This document shows, piece by piece, positions 26,443 to 34,700 of a stretch of DNA of 64,000 nucleotides. The DNA is from Thermoanaerobaculia bacterium. GTDB lineage: Bacteria; Acidobacteriota; Thermoanaerobaculia; Gp7-AA8. Both the position numbers and the translations under genes were made by a program. Where the stretch lies: assembly GCA_035627015.1 (NCBI GenBank), contig DASPMO010000154.1:3537-67536 (forward strand), given 5' to 3'. How positions within the stretch are numbered: position 1 is the first letter of the stretch; each line of letters begins with the position of its first letter. The notes beneath the pieces are model-generated. The model searched no databases and was not told the DNA's origin. It saw nothing but the letters and a program-made list of their open reading frames with translations.

Positions 26443-27326
26443 CGGAATGCGGCGTCGAGATTGGCCGCGACGGAGTTGGCCCGGTCGGCGTGGGCGCCCA
26501 GCACGATTGCCTGCCGCGCGAGCGCGTCATGCGAGTCGCTGTCGACCGTGCCGTGCCAGGAGTGCTGCGCAACGAGCGTCTTCAAGGCCGTCACGTCGCC
26601 GCGACGGAGCCGCTCTTCAAAGTGGAGCCGGAAGCGCCTCCGTCCCAGCAGCGCGATCTCGGTCTCGGTGAGCAGGCGCGCAGCGAGCGGTGCGTGCTCC
26701 TCTTCGGCGAGCGCGCGAATCCGCTCCAGCGAACCATCACGGACCGGATCCGGCTCTGCGTCGTCGGCGACGGCGCGCGTCGCGGTGCACACCTCGGCCG
26801 CGGCCGCGCTGCGCCGCTCGAGCGACGGCATGGAAGTCGTGACGCGAGCGAGCAGCGGCACGGCCATCCGCGAAACCAGGCCGGCGAGGTCCGACGCGCG
26901 GCGGAACTGCGCGTCCTGCATGCACTGCGTCATCGACGCGCCGAGTTGCACGAGCGACGCGACCGTGGGCAGTCGCTGAAGAAACTCCGTCACGGCGAGG
27001 CGCCGCAGCTCGTCGACCTCCTGGAGCGCGCGATCCACGTCGGACTTCGCCGCGACGCAAACTGCAATCCCCGCGAGCGCGTCGGCACCGCGACGAATCG
27101 CGCGCACCGCATCGCGCCACTGTCTCGTGTCGACCGCGCGTGCCGCGGCGCCGATCGCGTCGTCACGAACTGTGACCAGCTTGCCGGCGCCGCGCGGACT
27201 CCCCTGCACCGCGCGCGTGTCCATCAGGACTCGGACGGCATCCCGCATCTCCAGTTCGAGCTTGCCGTCGGCGAGCCGGCCATACTCGTACCGCCACAGC
27301 AGATGTTCCAGTTCGCGGACGCTCAC
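26439..27326 (-). CDS. hypothetical protein
   Basis: The 664-aa track ORF 26439..28433 overlaps the MotB-like and MotA-like genes out of frame. It is trimmed to GTG 27326, which overlaps the MotB-like stop (GTGA at 27323-27326). The product is helical. No motif recognised. Confidence 0.5.
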   Translation of the reverse strand: MSVRELEHLLWRYEYGRLADGKLELEMRDAVRVLMDTRAVQGSPRGAGKLVTVRDDAIGAAARAVDTRQWRDAVRAIRRGADALAGIAVCVAAKSDVDRALQEVDELRRLAVTEFLQRLPTVASLVQLGASMTQCMQDAQFRRASDLAGLVSRMAVPLLARVTTSMPSLERRSAAAAEVCTATRAVADDAEPDPVRDGSLERIRALAEEEHAPLAARLLTETEIALLGRRRFRLHFEERLRRGDVTALKTLVAQHSWHGTVDSDSHDALARQAIVLGAHADRANSVAANLDAAFR

Positions 27327-27964
27327 CTCGTGTCCAACCCCGAGAAGTAGATCCGGATCTCGATCCGCCGGTTGCGCGAGCGTTGTTTGTGTGCAGGGCG
27401 AGTGTGGGCGTAGCCGTTCGCGGAGAGTTGTCGCTCGTCGAGCGCAGGATCGCAGCGTTCGCTGAGGAACCGCAGCACCGCCAACGCACGCGCCGTCGAG
27501 AGCTCCCAATTGTCGCGGGGATACGTAGACCGAGACATCGCGGTGCTGTCGGTGTGCCCTTCGATCTGAATCTGGTCGTACAGGCGCGATTGTGAGGTCG
27601 CGTCGAGCCGGTGAATGACAGCCGCGAGACGGCGGAGCAGCGCCGCGCCGCGCGGCTGCAAAGCGTAGTGACCCGACTCGAAAAGGATGCCTTCGCCGAA
27701 CGTGATCTGCAGCAGGTTCACATCCGGCTTCAGGACGATGGCGCCGCTGCGGATCTCGCTGGCGAACTCGCTCTCGAACACAGCGTCGAACCGCTGCTGC
27801 TTCTGTCGCGCGATCTCGGTCGCGAGACTGGTCGGATTGATGTTGTGCTGAACGAAATAGATCAGCATGAAGAACATCAGCAGCGAAGTGAGCATGTCGA
27901 TGATGCCGGGCCAGAAATTGACCTCGGTATCGACAGTCGGCGCGCGTAGGGACGTCGAGATCAT
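27323..27964 (-). CDS. MotB/OmpA-family stator subunit (peptidoglycan-binding)
   Basis: The N-terminal TM FWPGIIDMLTSLLMFFMLIYFV carries the conserved Asp (cf. MotB ..DFMT..MAFF). The C-terminal OmpA-like domain reads FESGHYALQP...IQIEGHTDS...NWELSTARALAVLRFL...GYAHTRP...NRRIEIRIY. Confidence 0.85.
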   Translation of the reverse strand: MISTSLRAPTVDTEVNFWPGIIDMLTSLLMFFMLIYFVQHNINPTSLATEIARQKQQRFDAVFESEFASEIRSGAIVLKPDVNLLQITFGEGILFESGHYALQPRGAALLRRLAAVIHRLDATSQSRLYDQIQIEGHTDSTAMSRSTYPRDNWELSTARALAVLRFLSERCDPALDERQLSANGYAHTRPAHKQRSRNRRIEIRIYFSGLDTR

Positions 27965-27973
27965 GCATTTGCC

Positions 27974-29176
27974 TCAATTCAACGTGCGCAGGATGAGAAT
28001 GACGACCACGGCGATCATCGCGCCGGCGGCAGCGAACCCGAACGTGCGCCGTCCCGTTGCCGTCTGACTGGCCTGCAGCGCGCGGGCGAGACGTTCCACC
28101 GACCCTTGTTGTGCGTTCATCGACGTTTGGATCTGCTGCAGCGTGGTCTCGTGTGTCTGGCGGAACGTCGTGACGATCTGCGGCAGGCGTTCGGTCAGAC
28201 TGAGAATCGCTCCCTGCACGTTCGCGAGTTGCGCGATGACGCCGGTCATTTCGCCCGTCACGCTCTGCAGCGGAGCGGTAGCCGCACGTTGCGTAATGGC
28301 CTCGATGTTTTGAATGACCGTCCCGAACGTGGTCTCCACGGCGGCCATCTGCTCCGCCGACCGCGCCTGCGCGGTGGCAAGGGACTGCAGGTTCTCGAAC
28401 GAGTCGCCGAGTTGACGCGAGAGTTTCTCCCACGGCGTCTCGTCATCAAACGCCGGAATCGTTGCCGGGAGCAGCTCTTCGGTAGTGAACCGCTCGAGCT
28501 GGTCATAGAACATCGATTGCGCGCGGGCGAGACCGAAGTTGAACAGCGAGACGACGATGGAGAAGAAGATGCCGGCGAGCGTCGCCGAGAACGCGGTCTT
28601 CTTGCCGGCGAGAATGCGCCCGAGGCTGCCGACGGATGCGGCCCATTGCGTGGCGGTCGCACCGGAGGATTGGTCGGGCATCGCCTGCTGGATGTCGGCG
28701 ACCATCAGGGAGAGGCCGACGAACGTCCCCAGCAGACCGAGCATCATGACTAGGCTCACGACGTATGCGGGAAGGGAGAGGCTCCACTTTGCGCTCTCAC
28801 TGAGAACGCTGCTCTGCTGCAGCGCGCCGACGTTCACCTTCACGTGCGCGTGCTTCATGCGCAAGATCGTGTCGAGCCGGTCGCCGATCAGCGTCGTCCT
28901 GGGAACGCCCTCGGATAGTTGCTGAAGGTCGACGCTGCCGCTGGCCCGCGGCACCTCGGCGTCTCCTTCGGCGGCAGGGGGCGTCTCGCCGGCGGCCTGC
29001 ATGCGGCGCAGTTTGTCGCGGACGTTCTGCAACGTAGTGAGCTCGTGCGACGTGTAGCGCTGCCAATGCCTGCTCGCGCAAAACGTGCCGAACACGCCAA
29101 AGAAGACGATGAGGCAGATGATCAACCGCCCAACGAGCGTGTTGTTCAGCCACAGAAGCTCGAGGAGCTGCGTCAC
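27974..29176 (-). CDS. MotA/TolQ/ExbB-family proton-channel protein with extended C-terminal helical tail and terminal TM anchor
   Basis: GTG 29176 overlaps the upstream stop (GTGA). Channel motifs: VVSLVMMLGLLGTFVGL (cf. ExbB/TolQ LGLLGTV.G) and AFSATLAGIFFSIVVSLFNFGL (cf. AL..T..GL..AIP....N). A Gln/Ala-rich helical tail of about 150 aa follows. The terminal hydrophobic helix is FGFAAAGAMIAVVVILILRTL. Confidence 0.8.
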   Translation of the reverse strand: MTQLLELLWLNNTLVGRLIICLIVFFGVFGTFCASRHWQRYTSHELTTLQNVRDKLRRMQAAGETPPAAEGDAEVPRASGSVDLQQLSEGVPRTTLIGDRLDTILRMKHAHVKVNVGALQQSSVLSESAKWSLSLPAYVVSLVMMLGLLGTFVGLSLMVADIQQAMPDQSSGATATQWAASVGSLGRILAGKKTAFSATLAGIFFSIVVSLFNFGLARAQSMFYDQLERFTTEELLPATIPAFDDETPWEKLSRQLGDSFENLQSLATAQARSAEQMAAVETTFGTVIQNIEAITQRAATAPLQSVTGEMTGVIAQLANVQGAILSLTERLPQIVTTFRQTHETTLQQIQTSMNAQQGSVERLARALQASQTATGRRTFGFAAAGAMIAVVVILILRTLN

Positions 29177-29679
29177 GGCCTGCGTTTCCTGCTCGTCATC
29201 GTCACGCCTGTGATGACCACTGTGCGATCGACCACGATGTCGCCTGCGCCAACCGAGCCGTGTACGTTCTCGCCACGCATCGCCTCGCCATCGCCGATGA
29301 CGCCGTGGATCTCGGCCTTGGGCCCGTGGACGTTCCGCACCTGAGCGTCGCCGTGCACCGGGCCGCGACTCGTGACGTGGCTCATCATGCCGCCCAAGCC
29401 AGAAACGCGAGTTCCGTCCTGGGCACCGGCCGGGCTTTCCGCACCGTCCAGCGGCAGGACGACGAGCCAGGAGCGATCGCGCGCGCCGGAGCGTACGCGT
29501 TCGAGCGCGCGTTGCAGTTCATCGTTCGCCGCACAGGCGATGAAGAACACCGCGTCGTCGATGGCATCGACGTCGTGTTCACGAACAGTGAAATCCGCCG
29601 ACTCCAGTGCGGCGCGGATGGTGCGCACACGCGGCGCCTGTTCGGGGTTGAACGAGAGATAAACATCGCCCATCGACAT
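29173..29679 (-). CDS. two-domain protein: N-terminal TIR-like/flavodoxin-like domain plus C-terminal bactofilin-like beta-helical repeats (tentative)
   Basis: 168-aa ORF. The N-terminus GDVYLSFNPEQAPRVRTIRAALESADFTV...AVFFIACA resembles the start of TIR-like domains (DVFISY...). The C-terminus VHGDAQVRNVHGPKAEIHGVIGDGEAMRGENVHGSVGAGDIVVDRTVVITG is a short-period V.G repeat of the kind seen in bactofilin/DUF583. Confidence 0.5.
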   Translation of the reverse strand: MSMGDVYLSFNPEQAPRVRTIRAALESADFTVREHDVDAIDDAVFFIACAANDELQRALERVRSGARDRSWLVVLPLDGAESPAGAQDGTRVSGLGGMMSHVTSRGPVHGDAQVRNVHGPKAEIHGVIGDGEAMRGENVHGSVGAGDIVVDRTVVITGVTMTSRKRRP

Positions 29680-29725
29680 ACCGTTCTCTCCTCGGGAGCG
29701 TCAGACGGACGCAGTGCACCGTTTT

Positions 29726-30361
29726 TCAGAGGTGGCGCAGCGTTTCGTCGCGATGGCGGTCGTATTCGGCCTGTGTGATCGAGCCGTTGCGCAGCAGACG
29801 GTCGAGCTCCGCGAGTCGCGCCTGTACACTCTCCGTTTGACTCGGAACGCCGACGAAAGCTGGCCGTCGTCCGTGCGCGAGCAGCCACCAGCGGCGGAAG
29901 AATTGGTACAGCCCACCGCCGAGTAGTGCGACGACGAGACACATCACGAAGAACAGCCAGCCAACGCTGATCCCCCAGAGGCACCCCACCGCTGCCCACG
30001 TGACCGTGAGGTTCCTCAGCCGCCCCAGTACCCACCGCCACGACGCCGCGAGGCCGAAGTACCACGACCAAAAGACGTACCCGGTGAAGAGGAATCGCGA
30101 CAACAACTGCGACGGCGTCGGCTTACGCCACTGCGGTGAAACAGGGGCGACAGGCACGTGCCTGGTGGCGTGCCGTTCCGTCGTCGTCGGCGCGGTGCTG
30201 GTCGTCGGTCGGTAGGACGGCTGCTGGACCAGCATCAGCACGGAGATCATGCCCGTGAACACGAAAACCAGCCAGGAGAACGCGATCCACGGATCGAGGA
30301 TCAGATGAGAGAACGCTGAAGGCGGAGCTTTGGCGGCCACTACCGATGTCGTCGCGGACAT
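29726..30361 (-). CDS. multi-pass membrane protein with C-terminal SHOCT-like domain
   Basis: Track ORF 29726..30475 trimmed to ATG 30361 (ggagga immediately upstream). Several hydrophobic helices are present (ILDPWIAFSWLVFVFTGMISVLML; WLFFVMCLVVALLGGGLY). The C-terminus RLAELDRLLRNGSITQAEYDRHRDETL matches the SHOCT pattern. Confidence 0.6.
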   Translation of the reverse strand: MSATTSVVAAKAPPSAFSHLILDPWIAFSWLVFVFTGMISVLMLVQQPSYRPTTSTAPTTTERHATRHVPVAPVSPQWRKPTPSQLLSRFLFTGYVFWSWYFGLAASWRWVLGRLRNLTVTWAAVGCLWGISVGWLFFVMCLVVALLGGGLYQFFRRWWLLAHGRRPAFVGVPSQTESVQARLAELDRLLRNGSITQAEYDRHRDETLRHL

Positions 30362-31392
30362 GTCCTCCAATGCGCTGCAGACGGACGGGACACCGTTCTT
30401 TTTGCATCGACAAAACGACCGACTGCCAGTAAGCACGCCCGCACATATCGCCCATTCAATTGAGGAGGAGTTCAATCGTAACGCGTGTGTCTCGTGCCTT
30501 CGTCTGTCCTTTCGTTCTCGCCTTCACCGTCAGCGCCTTTGCCCCGGGGGAACGGTGGCGCTCATCGCGATGGCGGTTATGGCGGCCCTGCTGGCTACGC
30601 TCAGCACGTTCGTGCGCGAGTTGCTGGAGGGCAAGCATTGGCCGGAGACGTTCTTCATTCCGGGGGTACTGGCAATTGTGCGATGTCACGAATTGGCAGA
30701 AGGAGCTGGCGATGCTCGCAATGCCGGACCACCGGAAAAGACAGCGCCTACAGCGGCTTGCAACCAGCCCCGGAGGCGCTGGGATCCGCTGACCGCAGCA
30801 AACAGGACCCGAGTGTCTTCACGATCAAACGCATTGCCGAGCGGCTCGACAACGGCGAGTGACCTCCTCGGCGAAGCAACACCCGACGTCATCGTCACCG
30901 ATCGCCGCCGGCTTCGCGACTCGATTGAACCGTGAGCGCATCGCACTCGACGCGGTAGTGAGTACCTGACAGCGCCGCTCGAGTGTCACTTCCGCGGGCC
31001 GGCGGAGCGTTTCATCGAACTCGAATTGAACTTCAGGAATCAAAGGAGATTGGCCGCTGCTGATAACCGAGTGCTGCACTCGCTCTGCGACAGTCGGAAC
31101 GGCTCGCTGCAGGTGATTCGCGTCATCGGTGACTCGATCTCCGACCTCCTTCTTGATAGGTACGAGGTTCTCCTCGATACCGCATGCAGACGCGGAGTGA
31201 ACGCGACGTCGTGGCGGTTTAGGTCCGGCCCGAAGGAATGACGCGGCTACCTTGCGCGAGGGGGATCATTATCGACAAGCACAACCCAAGTACGATTCCG
31301 TTCGCCTCAGCCATCGTAGCGACTGACAAATAACCCACCAAAAGCACGATCTTCCACGGCTGAAGGGTGTGTCCACGCACCAAATCGAGTGC

Positions 31393-31599
31393 ACCTTGCG
31401 AGTCGGCCGAAACCCGCAAGGTGACTCGCAAGGTCGCCCGCAAGTTACTCGGTTTCAGTGAGTTATCCCACCGTCTGTAGATCGACTTCTCTCTAACCTA
31501 AGTACCCGCGCCCTCCGGCCTGTCACACCGGAGGGCGCGGGAGCCCCGTCGGCCCCGCCAAAATAAGACGCTCACCAGCCGCCACTTGGCGGCTTTTTT
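31393..31599 (+). ncRNA. candidate structured non-coding RNA or leader (three hairpins ending in an intrinsic terminator)
   Basis: 12-bp stem: ACCTTGCGAGTC (31393-31404) pairs with GACTCGCAAGGT (31423-31434). 13-bp stem: CCGCGCCCTCCGG (31506-31518) pairs with CCGGAGGGCGCGG (31528-31540). Terminator hairpin at 31577-31599. No convincing ORF lies here, and the stretch looks less GC-rich than its flanks. Confidence 0.35.
31577..31599 (+). terminator. rho-independent terminator-like hairpin
   Basis: AGCCGCCA-CT-TGGCGGCT followed directly by TTTTTT (GCCGCCACTTGGCGGCTTTTTTC). Confidence 0.6.
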
Positions 31600-31729
31600 C
31601 GTTTCAGCACACGAAAGCGACGAAGTGCCTCCGTGTCTGGTGTCGGGATGGCGAACGTGTAGCCCCAAGCCGGACTTTCCTGGTTTCGGCTACGCCTGGG
31701 TAGGAAAACCGCCATCCCGTGGCTCTCCT

Positions 31730-34700
31730 ATGGAGATGAGCGACGACGTTCAGATCCGGCTCGTGCACGTGGAGTTTCTCCGTCCCGGGCCTCCGCACAA
31801 CCAGCTTCTCTCGCCGCTGACGCAGTACCTCGCCATTTCCGGTGACAGCGGAGCCGGCGTGGTCACGGTGCCGTACGAGCAGGCGGAGTTCTCGCGCCGC
31901 CTCAAGCAACTCCGGTACGACTCGGGGGATCCCGAGGATCGCCTGGCCATGCTGCATTCGACCGGCGTCGAGATGAGCAGGATCCTCGGCGCGGTGCCCG
32001 GGCTGGCCGGTGCACTCACGATGGATGCGAATCACCAGGGAACTCTGATTCAACTTCGCATCACGCTCTCCGCGTCCGAGCTCGCGATGCTGCCGTTCGA
32101 GCTGGCGAAGGCGCCGGTGTCGGCGACGAACACCGCGGAGAACTGGCTGTCGATCCAGACCCGGCCGCCGGTTTGCGTCACGCGCAACATTCGCACGGTC
32201 TCACCCGAAGGGGTCGTCTGGCCGGATCAGCCGCGCATTCTGTTCATTTCCGGGAATCCCGGTGACGTGCCCTACGAGCAACATCGCAAGGCGCTGCTCA
32301 AGGCGATCGAGCCGTTTCAATATCCCGACGAGGACGATGTCGTCGTGACGGAGGAGGGGCGCGAGCAGGGCGGCAGGCTCCTGACGATTCTCGTCGATCC
32401 GACTCTCGCCCGCGTGCTCCGCGAGTGCAGGGAAAACGAGTACACCCACGTCCACATCCTGACGCACGGCGATCTCAACGAGGCCTCGCCTGACTCGTAC
32501 GGGCTGGTGATGCGCGGCGAGGACGGCTCGCCCGAGGTCGTTTCCGGAGACCAGTTCGCCACCGCGCTCGCCTCGGTCCATCACCGGCCGACGGTGGTGA
32601 CCGTGGCCAGTTGCGACAGCGGCAATGTGAATCAGGTCGCGCAACCCGGCGCGAGCTTCGCGCACGCCCTGCACCAGTCGGGGATTCCGCTCGTCCTCGC
32701 ATCGCAGTTTCCGCTGAGCAAGCCAGGTTCGGTGCCGCTCGCGGCGACGCTGTACGACGGCCTGCTCTGGGGGAAGAACCCGCTCGTGCTCCTGCGGGAG
32801 CTCCGCGCGGAGCTGCATACGGTGTACACATCGAAGTGGCATGACTGGGCCAGCCTCGTGGTGTACGAAGCGTTGCCGCAGGCTCTCAACGAGCAGCTGG
32901 AAAAGCTCCGCTATTTTCAGACCAAACGCGCCATCAACGCCACGCTCGAACGAATCGACCGCGCGGTCAAACGGGCCCTCGAAGAGCGAAGCGTGGCCAG
33001 TCTCGAGAAACTCCACAAAGAGATCGAATCCGCGGTCGGGCGGCTGCCGCTCAAAGGTCCGTACTCGGCCGAATGCATCGGCATCCGCGCGAGCGCGCGC
33101 AAACGGCTCGCGCAGGCGGCCTTCAACACTCCCGAATCCCCGCGCGATGCGTATGACCTGCTCGAACAGGCCTACATCGACTACAAATGCGCGGCGGACT
33201 CGCTGCTGGTCATCAGCGAAGGGCCGGCACAACGCGTGGCCACGCTGCACTGGCTGCTCGTGCAGCTCGAATCGCTCGACATGATCCTCGGCCGCGAAGG
33301 CGACGACCGGCGCTGGACCGCCGCTCATCTCTCTGCCGAGATGTACCGGCATCATCTCGACACCGAGCAACGCGCATGGGCTCACGGCAGCCTGGCCGAG
33401 CTCTTTCTCGTGAAGCTCGGCAAAGCCGGTCTGAACGAGGAAGATCGCGAAAAGCATCACCAGGACGTCCTCCAGCACATTCACGAGCTGGTGAAGCTCT
33501 ATCCGCTGCGCACCGAGTTTCCGGTGAAGTCGACGCGCAGGCAGTTCGAGCGCTATGCCGACTGGTGGGGCTCGCAGCAATTCGAAGATGGGTTGAAAGA
33601 GCGCGGGCTGACCCGCCGCGCGCCGTGGGATGGCCAGCACGGCGTGACGCAGGTGGCGAAAGAGGTCGTGAAGATCATGCAGCGCAACCTCCGTCCTCCC
33701 GTCAAGCCGCCTTCTTCCGGATCTGCCGGCGGCAACGGCGGCGGTGCGCCGGAGCCGCCGCCGAAGCCGAGCGGCGGCAAGCCTGGCGGCGGTGCGACGC
33801 TCTCGCGCCGCGCGCGCACCAAGCCTTTCTTCGACATCACCATGCTGCCGGCGGGGCATGGCGACTCGCTGTGGATCGAGTACGGCCAGAACGAGCGCGA
33901 CGTGCATCGCGTGCTCGTCGACTGCGGAACGCAGCAGACGGCGAGGGAGCTGCTGAAGCGCGTCGCCGCGCTGCCGAAACGCGAGCAGTTTTTCGACCTG
34001 TTCATCCTCTCGCACATCGATTCCGATCACATCGGCGGTGCGCTGCCGTTCTTCAAAGCCGTCCGCGATGGCCTGCGCTTCGGCGACGTCTGGTTCAACG
34101 GCTGGCGCCATCTGTCGGACCGGCTCAGCGCGCGGCAGGGGGAGATGTTCTCGACCGCGATTCAGGATCTCGAGCTGCCGTGGAATGTCTGGATGGATGG
34201 CGGGGCCATCGTCATCGGCAACGGAAAGCTGCCGACGTCCACGCTGCCCGGCGGGATGAAGCTCACGCTGCTCTCGCCGACGCCGAAGCAGTTGCAGAAG
34301 CTCGCACCCGTCTGGACCCGGGAGCTCAAGCGCTACGCTCTCACGCCCGGCGCACGCATGGACTACAGCCAGTTCCTCAAGGGCAAGCCGTCGACCTCGA
34401 CGGACCTCGACGAGCTCGCGGAGACGCCGTTCAGCAGCGACCCGGCCGCGCCGAACGGCTCGAGCATCGCCGTCCTCGCCGAGTACGAAGGCGCCGTCGC
34501 CCTCCTCGGCGCCGATGCGCACGCGCCGGTGCTCACCGAATCGCTCGGCAAGCTGCTCCCGCGCGGCAAAACACGGCTGAAGATCGACGCGTTCAAGGTC
34601 TCCCATCACGCGAGCCAGAACAACGTCAGCAGGGAGCTGGTCTCGATGCTCGATTGCCCCCGCTTCCTCGTGTCGAGCAACGGCGCGCACTTCAACCATC

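Noticed and set aside
26439-28433. 664-aa ORF taken at face value as one large protein.
   Set aside because: Its upstream two-thirds overlap the motif-rich MotB-like and MotA-like genes in another frame and are Arg-rich. Only the 3' part, from GTG 27326 (GTGA coupling), was kept.
27323-29176. Interpreting the MotA/MotB pair as a flagellar stator, or as Tol-Pal or TonB-ExbBD.
   Set aside because: There are no flagellar, TolA/TolB/Pal, TonB or ExbD-type partners nearby. The MotA-like protein has an atypical long tail, and the pair is translationally embedded in an NTPase/protease operon. Canonical Zorya I-III was also not assigned, because I see no ZorC (EH-signature), ZorD (Snf2/Mrr), ZorE (HNH) or ZorF/G-like genes in the operon.
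30330-30935. 201-aa plus-strand ORF (with the internal hydrophobic stretch VALIAMAVMAALLATL), and the small ORFs 30825-31079 (-) and 31219-31443 (-).
   Set aside because: They have weak codon bias, no motifs, and overlap the SHOCT gene start or the low-complexity junction region. They may be remnants. I do not have enough support to call them genes.
31586-31729. The upstream start (31586) for the CHAT-MBL gene suggested by the ORF track.
   Set aside because: That start lies inside the terminator hairpin and T-tract, and the encoded 48 aa have poor codon bias. ATG 31730 (MEMSDDVQIRLVHVEF...) was preferred.
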